A stretch of DNA of 64,000 bases from Camelus ferus (Eukaryota). Positions 50,901-64,000 of this stretch are shown in pieces (within the stretch, counting starts at the first letter, position 1; each line of letters starts with the position of its first letter). Made by a program: the position numbers and the translations under genes. The notes below the pieces were generated by a model. It did not search any database and was not told where the DNA came from. It saw only the letters and a list, made by a program, of their open reading frames with translations. Location: contig NC_045697.1 in NCBI RefSeq assembly GCF_009834535.1, forward strand, positions 101,186,001-101,250,000, written 5' to 3'.

Positions 50901-52144
50901 CTTTTCTCCCCTAAAGGAAATATCCCATCTCCAGTTATTTACATTGAAATAATGCCTCCCCACTTTCTATTGTATCATATTTCCTTATCCTTGGAGAACA
51001 AATTTGGAGACCAACTTAGAATCTGATATATTACATTTGGTCTCTTCTGGAGACTAAACTATTACAAGAACCTATAAAAAAAAATCATTGGTTCTGTAAC
51101 ACTCAGGTAGCAACAACACAAATTCAGGCATTAATCACCACCACATTTTACTCGAGAGCCTGCATGCTTAAAGATTGAGAAAAAAGCTAATACATCTCCA
51201 ATGATTTTGGATATAAGCTAAGGACTGTTATTAACACAGGCCACAGTTGAGGGGGAAATAGGCTATGACTGTGATCAGCGATAAGTTTGGAGAGCAGCCC
51301 AAAGGAGCAGCTTTGAAAGCTAAACACATCTCTCAAGCTCCTCCCCAAGGGCTGCAGAGCCATCTCCTTGGAATACTTAAATAGTGGAAGAACCAAGATG
51401 CTCATACTGGTCACTACAGAGCAACATTTCCAGCACTGAGAGACTCATGGACTTAATGACAAATGAGTAAGATTTTAAGTAGTGATCTGAGCATTTTAAA
51501 GCTTTTCTGTCAGGAACGGAACAATAGCCCATGCATTTTAAAGAACGTCAATAACCAAATAGAAAATGTGAAAAAATATCATCAAAAGAAAAATCTACTT
51601 CCTGAAATATAAGTGATAAGATCAATATATAAATTAGTAGGAGAAATGGCCGATGACCCTGTCTTACAGAAGAACAATGACACAAGATTAATGTGTTAAA
51701 ACTGAAAATACATGTTAATAGGAAAGCAAACCTGATTGCCTTCATAACAATCCATCTAAAGTATTTAATTTGGAAAACAGTTCTGCTGTTGTTAAACACT
51801 TTAGTATGAAACCGTTATCTCGATCAAAGCCTTTACAAATACATTAAGCTGCACTCTACAGAATCTTAAAAATTTTAGTCATTCTAGACTATATATTCAG
51901 TGTAACTGAGGGCTTACCTTTCTAAGGACCAAATACGATACACACTTTTTTCATTTAACATTCTGACAGAAAATCATTCCAAAATGTATTAAACTTTATG
52001 TGGCCTTCCTTAAAAGTCCATTGGGCATAATGTCCTTTTCCTTGATGACCTAGAGTCATTTTGGTGAATATTAATTGTCACACTGCACTGTAATAAAATT
52101 ATGTCCGGGAGGCCCTCAGAAATGCATACTTTTTATGGCCCTTA

Positions 52145-52310
52145 GAATGACAGAATTAAACAGGATTGGAGAGCTTGTCCAGATTTCTCAATTACAGATG
52201 AGGACACTGATGACAAGAGAGGAGTGACGTGCTGTAAGGAAGGGGACATAAACAGTCATCTGCCCCAGGTCTCCCAACTGCTTCTCCAGGGTCCTTTCAA
52301 CTGCCTAACA
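52145..52310 (-). mobile_element. MIR/MIR3 fragment
   Basis: ctcaattacagatgaggacactga...ccaggtctcccaactgcttctccaggg. Confidence 0.55.
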
Positions 52311-52763
52311 CTGGACACCGCCACCTGTGCTTTTCATTACTTCTTCTGTCTCTCTCTTTTTTTTTTTTTTTAATACTTTCTCCCTCTCCTTTTTATGGGT
52401 TCTGTGCTCACCCTCCTAAGGGTTGCTGGGGATGCAATCTCCTCCAGCCCCTGACCGTGCGCTTTGATGGTGACTGGTGCAGTTCTGGTGCAAAGCAAAG
52501 GATGGGGAGCCCATGGTCATCAGAGAGTGATGGGCGTAAGTCAGGATCTGGGGAGTGTTCAGATAAAATTTAGGAGAGTGACCTAAAATTTAGAGGGTAC
52601 ACTAACCTGGACCTCAATCAAGGGATCTAACCAAATGTTGGATTCTAAGGTCCAGAGCCAAAGTGGGGAGGAGGTGCAGGAAGCAATGCCCAGAAGCTGG
52701 TACAGGAAGGAGCAAGCCATGGGAGGCAGTCCAGCAGAGTCTGAATGACAAGGATGTCTGTGC

Positions 52764-52764
<1 letters not shown>

Positions 52765-52797
<33 letters not shown>
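52765..52797. repeat. (GTT)11 microsatellite
   Basis: Read directly; explains the poly-Thr run in ORF 52614-52808. Confidence 0.97.
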
Positions 52798-52798
<1 letters not shown>

Positions 52799-54034
52799 TA
52801 ATCCCCATTCCAGGGTGATACTATTTTGAAAGTAAACACAGTGGGAGGGAGGGAGGGAGCCAGCTTCCTTTTACAGCCCCTCAACCAATTAGAATTTGAA
52901 CCCATCTTAGAAGAGCACTCATGCCTTGGATGGTGAGATACGGGTGTCCCAGAGATCCAGGCGAGTCAGCCTGACTGTCTTCAGGAGGCAGAACAGCCAC
53001 TGGGCATCAGACACGGGCCTGTGGCAATTCACAGCTCTTTTTGTTTATTCCCTGGTAACAGCTTTTCCTGGCTTTGTCCCAGAGCCTGCGAGGGTTCAGA
53101 GCAATTAAATTCCAGGTAGGTGAGGTGCTCCCTTCTGCTTTGGTTCCCATGCCAATGAGCAGGTAAGGCCACCGCCCAGTGGAGTAAGTAGAGAGGGAGA
53201 TGGCATTTTAAAAGCCAGCTGTGCTGGAGCCTGGCAGAATGGTGAATTCTCACTTTCTGAAAGAATCGCCCTTTTGTCTTCGATGCGATGACTGAGAAGC
53301 TCCTGGGGGGAAAATGACTTGTCCAGGTTAATACAACAGCAAGGCCATTGCCTGTGACTAAAACCATCATGTGTGAGAGCCACGCACTCCCAGTGGTGGT
53401 CACAGGCCAGGCTGTTATCCCCTCAGAGGGGAAGCGCCCACCCTGCTCCGCCCGGTGGGCAGATGAGAGTCTGATGTGCTTCCTTCCTTCCTGTTTTCTA
53501 TCACGGTCAAAGGGAGCTGTGCTTTGCTGCACAGTCTGGAAGACAAATTGCTGTTCTCTGTAGGAACAGACAGGATGAGTCCTGCTGTGTGGTACATAAT
53601 TAAGGTCTGTGAACTCAAAATGAGCAAACCAGGATGTTAGTAATCTTGGTAGAAGAGTGGCTCACGGGGACAGCCACATTTCATTCTTCATTTGAATCCC
53701 TTCGAGGTGGGAGTTAAACTTCTCTGAGATAAGGGAACTTATCCAGAATAGAGTTCTTTTCAAGATTGTCTCCCCTACCTCTTGATCTCTCTACTATGAA
53801 CAAAAATACATATATATATACACATATATATGAATTTTTTTATAGCTGAGAAATGAGGTTTTCCTCTCATCTCTTGTGCTTTGAAGTATTTATTCAATCC
53901 AGACAATGACTGGGGCCCTACAACATATTAGATGGCCAAGCACTTCAAAACCACATATGAAGACAATGTGGATTCTTGCTTTCCCCAAAGCCCAGAGTCC
54001 AGCTGGAGAGACAGAGAGGTAAGTAAGTCACATA

Positions 54035-54210
54035 GGTACTTACCTGGCTGTGTCACTATGGCTGAAACACTTCAATTCCATAATCCCGGTTTCTTCAAGT
54101 GTAAAATGACAATAATAATACTTAACTTGTCAACAGTGTTACAAACACGAAAGAATCAATGGATATAGTCACTGAATAGTGGGCTTGGCACATATTAGGG
54201 ACCTAATACC
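54035..54210 (+). mobile_element. MIR SINE
   Basis: acttacctggctgtgtcactatgg...ggtttcttcaagtgtaaaatgacaataataatactta...ttggcacatattagg. Confidence 0.75.
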
Positions 54211-55349
54211 AACCAGTAAGTGACAACACAGATGCGTAAGTACTCTCTCCAAGAAATGATAACGAGTCAGAAACACAAAGGAAAGAGGAGGCTACTCTTC
54301 CCACAGGGGGACATTTGTTGCTTTACGACTGCCTGGCAAGTGCACATCCTTTCTTTGGCAACAAAGTCCAGTTTCCTTGGACAACCCCCCTGTTCCCCAG
54401 GCTCAGCCCGCGTGTTTCTGAAGCAGTCCGCACCATTTCTGGTTACACAGCTTGGAAAGCAGCCTTTTGCAAGCTTCAGCAGAGTCTAGGTTACAAAGGA
54501 AGCCTAAACGCTGAATTACAGTGCACTAAAAACTGGAAAGAATTAGTAGGGTATTTTCCTTTTGTAATTTCCTTTCTGAGGACGCACAGAAGTAGGCGGG
54601 AGGCTGGACTCCAGCTGTAAAAATGTCCAAGGGGGTTTTTAAGGCAAGGATTGACTTAATCGTCTACCATTAAATTGTTGGCATTTAAGTGATGTAAGTC
54701 CTTTCCGTCTCCTCAAACCTGTTATCGTGTGTCCTACACCCGAAACAAAAAGGCCTTGTGTACTTCTGCTTGTTTGTTTTCCTGGAAAAGAAGGCAAGTG
54801 CCAAGCTCTGTGTTGACACAGAGTGGAAGGTGAGCAGGCAAGGGTGGGCATGCTGATCTGCAAACTAAACCAACCCAGCTGCAGTAGAAGCTGGGCGTGG
54901 CCTATGGCCAAGAGAATGTCAATCACATGTAGCAACCTTCAAAAAGTCGGATGGCAAGAAGGCAGAGGATAGGACACAGAGTAGTGATTCGAGCCAACTT
55001 TATCTACTTTGAAGGGAAGGGACACCCTAGCTGATGTGGGATTTTATTTTAAGTTCTACTCAGGTTCATTTGAACACTGATGCCACAGACAGTTTGAGTT
55101 CCTAGTTTCGATCCCTGCCCTGGTTCTGTACCAGAAGCGTATGACAGCCAAACCATGGGGTGCCTGCTTCAGAGGAGAAGCAGTAACTCAGCATCAACCA
55201 ATCAGGGCACAGGATTTCTACCCCAAAGTCACAGGAAAGCTGTGGCCAGCACTCTAAAAGCACTCTTACAGGGTTGAGTAAGGAAGCTCTGTGAGACTGA
55301 GTGCATGTGGCAGAAAAGCAAGCCCACGCCCCGTTATATGGGCCCTCAG

Positions 55350-55515
55350 GAGCACGCTGCTTAAGTTCTGATGTGCATGTGAGCCACCTGGGAATGCTGT
55401 CGAGCTGCAGACTCTGAATCGGAGGTCTGAGGAAGAACCTGAGGCTCCGCATTTGGAATCAGCTCCCAGATGCTGCTGGGGCTGGTGGTCTGGGGTCCAT
55501 ACTTGGGGAAGCAAG
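55350..55515. mobile_element. MER5A-type hAT MITE
   Basis: atgtgcatgtgagccacctggga...tgcagactctgaatcggaggtctg...agctcccagatgctgctggggctggtggtctggggtccatacttg. Confidence 0.8.
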
Positions 55516-55691
55516 GAAATAAAATATTTCCCTCAGGAAATAATAAACAGTAGAGGACCCCAATGTCGATTAAATAAACTAATATCATCATGTGATGTCT
55601 CTATTTGCATCTCTGAAAGTTAGGTCACATGCAATAGATCTACAACTAAGTTCAAGATCGCCGCCTCCATCTTCCCTTACCAAAAACATCT

Positions 55692-56157
55692 TGTGCCTTG
55701 CCTGTATCCCCTTGGCTTTATTATTTCAGTTCATACTCCCAACTCCCAACTCCCAACTTCCAGCATTTGCATCTCTTGTCTGAAGGTTTTCCCTGGTCAT
55801 TGGAGTCCACTCTGCCTACCCCACAGGGCAAGCAATTCTGCTGGAGAGTTGATGCCCACTAGTCAACTGACAGGAGAGGAGCTGGGGCATAAATATTGCA
55901 GCTTCCCTCCCCTTCGGTGGGGGTGACCCCAAGGCACATGTTCCATGCTGGCTTCTAGACTTCCCCAACAGGCATAAGCTCTTGAACTCCATGGTGGTAA
56001 ATCCCTTGAAAAATGCACCTTTTATTGCCTGCCTTCCCTTCTCGGTCTCACTTCTTTACTTCCCCATTGGTAGTTCCCTGGCATCAACTCCCAAATAAAC
56101 CACTTAACCCTTAAATCCATCTTGGCATCTGCTTCTTGAGAAGACCACACGAAGACA
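55692..56157 (+). mobile_element. ERVL LTR16-type solo LTR
   Basis: TG...CA termini; ggcataaata...ctcccaaataaaccactt...tctgcttcttgagaagaccacacgaagaca. Confidence 0.85.
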
Positions 56158-56159
56158 CA

Positions 56160-56411
56160 CCCACCATGTGATTTTCTTCAGGTCTTCCCTTCTCAGTGTA
56201 TGGGTGCACCTTCAACTTTATTCCACCGGCTGGAGACCCAGCCATCCTTGGCCCTACTTCCAGATCCAACATCTGTTAAGTCCTACAAATTCTGTCCTCC
56301 ATTCACTAGCTTCAAAGTGTCCACTTCTCCATCTCTTCTACCACCTCCTACTCCAAAAGCTATCGTTCCTCACCTAGAACAGTATGAAACACCTCTAACT
56401 GGTCTCCCACA

Positions 56412-56449
<38 letters not shown>

Positions 56450-56975
56450 TAAAAATTGAGATATAATTGATGTATCACATTATATTAGTTTCAGGTGTAC
56501 AACATAACAATCCAATATATGTAAATGTTGCAAAATAATCCTCACAGTAAGTCTAGTTATCATACATCATCACACACAGTTAGAAAGGTTTTTTTTCTTG
56601 TGATGAGAACTTTTAAGATCTGTTCTCCTAGCAGCTTTCAGATACGCAGTACAGTATTCAACTCTAGTCACCATGCTGTGCATTACACCCCCAGGATTTA
56701 CTTATTTCATACCTGGACGTGTGTACCCTTTGACCACCTTCACCCACTCTTGATACCCTCAAATCGGTTTGCAGCCAGAGTATTATGCAAACCTCTCCAA
56801 GTGTGACATGACCCACTGCCGAAACCCTTTAGTGTTTTTCTGTGGCTTTTAAGCTAACAACAGACAAGCTTAACCAGCAGACAAGCCACCGCGGGTTTTG
56901 ATTTAACTTTCCTTTCCAGCTTCATCTTCGTCACATTACCCCTCACACCCTGGCTCCATCCAATCTGGACCTTAA
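56160..56975 (+). mobile_element. L2 fragments flanking an L1 insertion
   Basis: aagtcctacaaattctgtcctcc...ccacttctccatctcttctaccac...cctctaactggtctccc...gcagccagagt...gaaaccctttagtg. Confidence 0.75.
56417..56745 (-). mobile_element. L1MA9-like 3' end with poly-T
   Basis: attatattagtttcaggtgtacaacat...ttcttgtgatgagaacttttaagatct...agtcaccatgctgtgcatta; TSD cccac(a/t)cttg at 56406-15 and 56743-52. Confidence 0.9.
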
Positions 56976-56976
56976 A

Positions 56977-57212
56977 GCAGCACTTTTTTTTTTTTTTTTT
57001 TGTATTTTCAACCTCGCTAATGGATTTTAGTGAGGCGTGAAAGCAATTTAGTTGGTCAAGATCAGCATTTTATTTTAATGAAATGAAAGAAGAGAAACAC
57101 ATTAGAATGTTATTTGCCAGAACTTTTTTTTTCAATTATATGTGTACTGCATCATGATGAAAAACCTATTTATAACCAAATATCACACTGAAAAGTTGGT
57201 AGAATGACGCCT
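56977..57212. mobile_element. Degenerate hAT MITE (subfamily uncertain)
   Basis: gtgaaagcaatttagttggtcaagatcagcatttt...tatatgtgtactg...aaaagttggtagaatgac. Confidence 0.45.
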
Positions 57213-58309
57213 TAAGCATTTCCGTTCTTTCCTGTCACCAAACCTCAGGTACTGCTCCCTCTGCCGGGAGGCTCTGCCCCAAGCCCTGTGCCTAGGAATT
57301 CCTATCCACCCTCCCGGCGCCCCTGCATCCATGCTGGGGTCCTGAGGGCCTGGTGGGGGTGTCACTAAGGACTGTCCTCCAGATAGGACCATCTGTAGCC
57401 AAGGAGAATTCAGCATACCCAAATGAGAAAGACTGAAAGTCCAAGCCATGAAGAATCCAAGCACTTGGCTGCAACCATATCAGGCCGAAGAGGCGGGGTG
57501 GGCAAGAAGGTGGGAAGCAGAGTCTGTACAAGTGCCTTCAGCTATCAGAGTGCAGCCACCAGGAATTTTCTGGGACACTCAGGCATGCTGTGAAGGACAA
57601 ATTGGAGGTCGACAAAATATGGCAAAGATCCTGTATCTAGAAAGCGAGTCCAGCAGCCCAGGTGAGTGCCCATAAGTGTACTGATAGAGACAGCAGCTGT
57701 CGGGTGGAGAGGAGGGAAGCTCCGCAAGGTTTAGTTACAATGTAATCCACTTACATATTTATTAGACACTAACTGGCTGTCAGGGGGCATTTTATACTTG
57801 ACGTATAGAGTGTCCAGAGCCAGCGTGAATAGGAGGAAGATCCTCAGGCTGATTGAAAAAAAAAAATCTCTGTTTCCGCCTACCGGCAGAAATGCATATA
57901 TTTATTTTTTTTCCTATTTGGTGAGAGAAGAGAGTTCTAAGCTGTGGGTGACCTGTGGGCACATGGAGGCAGGATTGTAGAGATGGGATGAATTTAACCC
58001 TCTAAGTGGTAGGTAAGGAAACAGAGGCTCAGAGCTCCCTTGTCTCACAAGCTACATCTGTAACCAGAACCCAGGACCTCAGCCAACCCGGGGAGGGCTT
58101 TGTCCACTAGACCACGCAGGGTCAAAGCGCAGTCCCTGAACATGACCCCTGGGAGTCTCCTCCTTACTTCCCTGATCCATGCAGGCTCTGATCCCCCTGC
58201 CACCGACCCAGTGGGAGCTCCACCACATCCCCCCTCGGTTACTAAGTACGGAACTGGAGAAAAACAGTTACTGGTTTTTAAATGGGGACATGGATTGGGG
58301 GGATGGTAA

Positions 58310-58590
58310 CTGAAACAGAAAAAGGTGCATATATTAGAGACAATATGGGAAAAAGGTAAAAGAACTTAATGTCTGACAAGATACAAGGGATAAAGAGGAA
58401 AGTATTTAATAAGAAGCCAAGACTTGGAGAGTGGGAAGAAAGCTGGTACCATGGACCAAAACAGGGTCACAGGGGAAGGAGAGGCATCAAGAGTCACAGG
58501 GAGAAAAACCGTTAGCTCAGGCTGGGATAAATTAACTTCGGCAAGAGGGCAGGTTATGCACGGGGAGATGTCCTGCTGATGTGCTATTTG
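58310..58590 (-). mobile_element. L2 fragment
   Basis: Purine-rich L2-like remnants (gaacttaatgtctga, gctggtaccatggacc, gttagctcaggctgggata). Confidence 0.4.
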
Positions 58591-61500
58591 GGGAAAAAAA
58601 TGTTTTCTATCACCTAAGACAGTTTTATTTCCACTCTGAGTCAGAAAGATTATCTAAGCAGTTAGAGCAAGAAGGTAAAGGGCTAAAGTGAGGCACAATT
58701 TGCAGCGGAAAGTGTCGGCTGCAGTTTTGATCATCTGAGCTGATGCCTGGGAACCCAGCACCCTCTCCCCATACATTCAGGCAGGAGAAGAGAAGACGGA
58801 GGGCTGGAAGGGGCTCTTTCTTCTCTTTTGTGATGTGTCAGAACGAATACAACACAAAGCTGCTCCTCAAAATAGTCCTGCTGTGACCTGCCAGGGAGGG
58901 GGCCGGCAGCCAGCCCCCCACATCACACCCCACGTCAGGTTTGAACACAGCTGCTCAGCCCCGGAGAGGCTTTCAAAGAGCTGCCTGGAGAGGTTCGCTG
59001 GTGCAAGGGGAGCATCTTCTGAAGTCCTCATGGTGCCGACAGAGCTGGAGGAAGTCTGGCAGTCGGCCAGGGTAGGGCTGCTGACAGGAACTTTGGAAAA
59101 AGAGTTTTGGGGAGGAGAAAATAATGAATGGATAGATGTTGGAGCTGAATGTAGGTTCTGATGTTAGAAGCAACCTGGATAAGAGGTGAGGACGGGGGCG
59201 GTGGGGGGGGGGGGCGTGTAAAGTTCCTTTATTTCTCAGAAATGGAAATTCTCTGAAAGTCAGACTCCCCTCTGAGAATTATTTTAGAGAACTGAGGAGA
59301 CACAGAGGTCTTGAAGTTCACCAAGTCCACCCACACGCACACCTCACACAAACACACAGACCCATTGCCTCCACAGGGGAAGAAACAGCCGAGAGGTCAC
59401 ATGACCCTCTGGGGCCACACGGGCCACTGTCGGGGCCAGAACAGGGTACACCCTCAGGATGACAGGCACATGCTCCAAGGGCCCTTCCTCATGTTCCACT
59501 CCCCGTCATAAAACCTGCAAGGATGTGGTCCTGGGAAGTATAAAGCCCCAAATTGTGGAGGGTCATCCCAGGTATCTGATAACTAGTAAAGCAAACTACT
59601 GAGGTAGCCCTGGGGACCATCTGTGATGAAATTTAAGATGGAATTAAGTCAACTAAAATGCCAACAATATAAAGTAAACACTGGAATTGAGATCCCCAAA
59701 GTCAGTCCATCAGAAATGGTAGGGTTCTACAGCGATGTCTAAGGTCTGTTCTTGCAGGGCTTCTGGTCTCATCTGTGGGCTCAGCCCCCTACTTCCCCTT
59801 CTAGGTTCTGGCCCCACCCCCTGAGCCGCAAAGAATTCCAAACAAGCAATTTGGAGACAGTCAATCTTGTCTCTAACTGCTGTATTTGAAGCATGGTTGC
59901 TCCGGGTTGGATTTGACCTCATTGCCTAGTTCCTCTACATCTGAGTCTCTGCTTCCTTGGCAAGCCCTTGACTCACATCCGTAGTACCAACCAAGACAAC
60001 CATACTTGCCCTTTTCAGTCCTAATGCACTGGTCACAGTCTTTCACTCTGAATTCTACACCGCACCTGTCATCTCAAAACTCTGGAAGAGCCCACAGCCT
60101 GGCACCATTCCTCTGTCTGAGCCTTCTTCTCAACTTTGACCCCCAAATTCTGAGCTCAGCCAGTGTATTCTGGTCCCTTGTTGCCCATTTTGTGGCTTGA
60201 TATCCAGACGGATTCTGCTCTGTGTGCTGAATTCATAATATTTATATGTCCTGCCCACTTTTCCTTACACCTTTACTATCTTCCAAATTTCATCATCCTG
60301 GCCCAGAGAAGACACTGACCACCATTTGATTTTGGCAGCAGAAGATGAGGGAAGAAGAAAGATGAAGACTAAAAGTTAAGGAGGAGATAGGGCTTCTTTT
60401 AGAAACAGTTATTACTATTATAGCTAAATACGAAGCCTGCAGGTGAGGAAATTATTCAATCTGTAGAAACTACTCAGGGCAGGAGAGGCTGTATGGCTGC
60501 TAATAAATCTACCTGGGAATCTCAGTGGAGTAACATGAGACAGGTTTACATGCCTACTGGAGGGTTTCTTCTATTTCCCCTTTTCCTATATGTTCAGTGG
60601 GTGTTGGGAGGTGGGAAAGAATTTGTTCTATGTAGGAACCAGGGACTAGTGAGCTGAAGGAGGCCTCAACTTCTCAAAGCTTCATCTGGACCAAGTCTCC
60701 TTCTTAAATTCCCGGCAAGTGAAGAGGGATCAGAGGATCACAAGGGGCTTTTCACAGCGTCAGCCTGGAATCAGCACTATCACTCCTCACGGCTCATTAG
60801 CCGGAGGTGCTCATGGGGTCCTGCCCATCTTCAAGGGGCTGGGAAGCCCAGATTTTCCATGTGGTTCAAAGGACAGGAGACCTGGAGGCTGGGGATGCTA
60901 GTAACATCCAGGGCACCATGATTCCAGTCGATGCGGCTCTCAGATTCTCCCAGTGGTCATGTTAGCTAAAGGGCTAATGCACCTGCAGGGGTGACAATGC
61001 TTCTCATTTCTAGTTGCAATCAAGTGTGACAAAAAGGAATGACTATGGACTAATGGAAAGAGGAATGATGGTGTGGATGTTAAGAGCTAAGAACCTAAGG
61101 CATTCGAGAGTGGTTGTGCTCTACAATTTGATTTCACTCTTCTGTTTTTGTTTCATTTTCGTGACTTGAGGAGAATACTTTTTTCATGTTAGTTTTTAAT
61201 GTCTCCCTTGTATTTAATGAACCAAGATTAGAAGCGGAGGATTGACCTCTTATTTTTATGGATACTCGCATATAATATTCAAAAGCATAAAAAAGCCAGG
61301 ATGTCCTGTTAAAAGCAACCTTTAATGTTTCAGTGCAGCAGTGGGCTTGCAAACAGTAAAATCATATGCATCGATCTTATCAATATTGTGATGTAATTCT
61401 AGAGTATCACCTGCACTTCTATATGTATTTAATCTTGTAATCATAGCCCTTTACAGACAAACCGAGGACAACTTAAAACATGTATTAATTAAGGCACTAG

Positions 61501-62009
61501 CTTACCTAGATCTGGCATTAAAATACTTTAAACTCTCAGGGCGGAAGTGGAACATTTTGCCAAGAGGACACTAAAAATAATGAGAAAAGAAAACCGTTGA
61601 ATTACCCTTTATTATTGCTTGCTCTTCTCCATCATATTACATGTTTAAAAAGCTTTGAGTTGTTTATTTACATTTAACTCATGGACCTGGCTTTTATACA
61701 CTTTTAAAAGCCTACAGTAGGATTAGGGCTGCTGTAATTCTGTCCATCTGATTTGCCTGGAGCCATCTGAGTGGTGTGCCAGGACTGGATTCCGTAGAAC
61801 CCTCATCACTTCACATCAGATAAGCAGCAAGAAATAGAAACGTTCAAATATGTCTCCTCTAATTTCACACACTGGGGTTATGAAGCAATGTCTTCTCTAC
61901 TGATATCACTACAGAAGTGTTTTGGCAAGATGGAATCCTCAACACCAGAAGCCTGTAGTGTGAAACACACCTTCTGGAAGTATCTACTGCCACAACTATG
62001 ACAAACCTG

Positions 62010-62178
62010 TGGGGAGGGTATAGCTCAGTGGTAGGGCGCATACTTAGCAGGCACAAGGTCCTGGGTTCATTCCCCAGTATCTTCATTAACAAAAAAAAAA
62101 AAAAAAAAAAAGGAAACAAAAACAAAGACAAAAATAAATAAATAAATAAATAAATAAAAGTTAAAAAAAAAAAAAACC
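62010..62178 (+). mobile_element. tRNA-derived camelid-type SINE with a long compound A-rich tail
   Basis: ggggagggtatagctcagtggtagggcgcatacttagcaggcacaaggtcctgggttcattccccagta; perfect 9-bp TSD acaaacctg (62001-09, 62179-87). Confidence 0.95.
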
Positions 62179-64000
62179 ACAAACCTGACTTGGTCCTCCC
62201 TTCTACAGCTCGGAGGGTGCATGAACACAGGAGCAACCAGCCTGTCTATTGAATTTAAGATACTTCTTAATCCCCAAAGCTCATAAATGCTAGTATTGAT
62301 TTTAAAAAATCATCCTCACACAGGTTAATAAAATCTCTACTGTCATTTTGGTGAAAACTGAAGTGACACTTTTAATATCACCTGCTGTTCTTCAGGGAAT
62401 AGTTGCCAAACCAGCATTATAAATTCCAGAGAAAAATATTTAATAAGACCATACTTAAATTTACAGAATTTATATGTTAGAGTTTAACTCACTAATAAGA
62501 TAACTCATAAATATAGAGGAGATTAGAGCTTAAACTATTTTTTATCAGATCTGCTGGAAGACCAAAAATGAAAATTAAAAAATTCTCTACTAATTTCTCT
62601 AGATATATTTTCTAGTGAGAAAGAATAAAACATAGTACTGCTTAAAAAAAAAAAAGTTTTGAGATGAAAATACTTCCAAAACAGAAATCAATTCACAAAG
62701 TAATGTCATTTGAATAGATACCCATTTCAAAACAGAAAAACTGAAGGAGGAAAATTGAATGACTTATTCAAGTTTCTAAAGTTGATTTGTGAATGGAGCA
62801 AGAAATAGAATGCTTTTCTCCTAGCTTTAATTCAAATATCTAATTCGATATTTTTTTTGGGTATTGATCTTCTGTAAAGACTGAAATGTTTTGTATGCAT
62901 TGTAAGAAAGATACTAACTAAAGTGTAAAAAAAATCTTAAAAAAAAAGTTTCTATGTACATTTCAAGTTTCCAGCATCCTGTCTAGATTTCTTTTCTCTC
63001 ACTCTCTTTTTTTTTTCCCTTGAGAGTCTCACAGGGGAAAAAAAGAGGAAAAATGAGATTTCATGAGAGGACAGTTCTGAGCTAGAAAGAGAAAAAGAAG
63101 ATCTGTAACACAGAGGAAAACTGAGACAGATCTTTAAAGAGTGGGGTACATTGTTTGGCTTTATGTGGATGTAAAGAAAAAGGTACCAAGCTTTTTGTTG
63201 CTTGAACAAGGATAGGGATTTTCTTATGAGGCCTGAAAGGTTTTATAGTTGAAAAGTAATGTGAAAAATAATAACTTCTGCCACAATGATTGTTATAAGG
63301 CTCAGCACCTTCAATAAAAAGATGCTTCTGTTCAATTTCCGGTCACATCAAATTCTCATTATAAGCAGCTAAATCCCATCTCTCCATGAGCCAGACTGTA
63401 TCAAAAGTAGCAGCTTTATGCATTGAATTTTGTAACACACACTTACATCCCCATATGTCCCAGGTCACAAGGAAAATTCTAGGACTTTTTCCCCTCAGTG
63501 AATGACAGGCATGAATGCTAACCTTCAAAGAGACCAGGAGCAGGGACACACTGGTGACCAAGGTGCCCTCGAAAATAAGAAAGAAATTCTGTCACTTCTG
63601 GGAACAGAATTGTCCAGCTCCCAAGTGTTCACATAAAATCCATTTGTGTGCTAAAGAAAAAAAATTAAAGATTGTTGAGAGTTTAATTCAGTATCCATGA
63701 GGAGAAAAATCAGAGAGGCAATAAGGCCAAAAAAAAAGAAGGGAAAAAATGTCCCTAAAAGCCTGCTTAATAATTTCCATGCTATTCTTTCTTCTCATGT
63801 TATTTGGAAATGTTCACTATTGCTACATTTTCTTCTAAAGCCTGAAGAGAGAATAAAATGCCATTGAGGTGAAAGTCCCTAGACTGACCATGGAAATCAG
63901 GACAGGAAGATGCAGACTATAATGACGGATGCTTGGGTTCAGAGCCCCAGCTCTAAGTCAAAACATTACTCACCTTACCAGTACAGAGGCCAACAGACTT

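Noticed and set aside
53029..53532. Longest non-L1 ORF (167 aa)
   Set aside because: No recognisable domain, composition typical of random translation, and no supporting exon structure; expected by chance in GC-richer DNA.
54037..54048. TACTTACCTGGC matching the U1 snRNA 5' end
   Set aside because: The match is only 12 nt and the continuation is MIR sequence, not U1.
62011..62085. tRNA-like sequence (also at 33640, 19390-19462 and 45710-45785)
   Set aside because: These are SINE heads with A-rich tails and TSDs, and have diverged stems; they are not tRNA genes.

Overview
This is AT-rich, CpG-depleted mammalian genomic DNA, not prokaryotic. Four tRNA-derived SINEs with the head GGGGAGGGTATAGCTCAGTGGTAGAGC...GGTCCTGGGTTCAATCCCCAGTACC, together with the L1 3' ends, point to a camelid (alpaca, llama or camel). 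That assignment comes from my recollection of the vic-1 SINE family, not from a database search. Much of the window is recognisable transposable-element debris: old and young L1, L2, MIR, MaLR/ERVL/ERV1 solo LTRs, Tigger1, MER2, Charlie1, MER5 and MER20. I can support no intact protein-coding gene, tRNA/rRNA gene or CRISPR array. Every ORF I can recognise as a known protein is an L1 ORF2 or transposon remnant, so the region looks intergenic or deep-intronic. The most notable structures are: (1) a well-preserved solo LTR at 21878-22478 with a 23-bp tandem array of CCAAT (NF-Y) boxes plus octamer, TATA and polyA signal; (2) a young L1 nested in a SINE tail with both target-site duplications readable; (3) a divergent pair of CTCF-like motifs; (4) a (GAA)-rich purine tract grown from an L1 tail; (5) a few isolated exon-like segments. 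I found no convincing new biological system. Repeat subfamily names are from memory and need RepeatMasker/Dfam confirmation, and boundaries of old elements are approximate.
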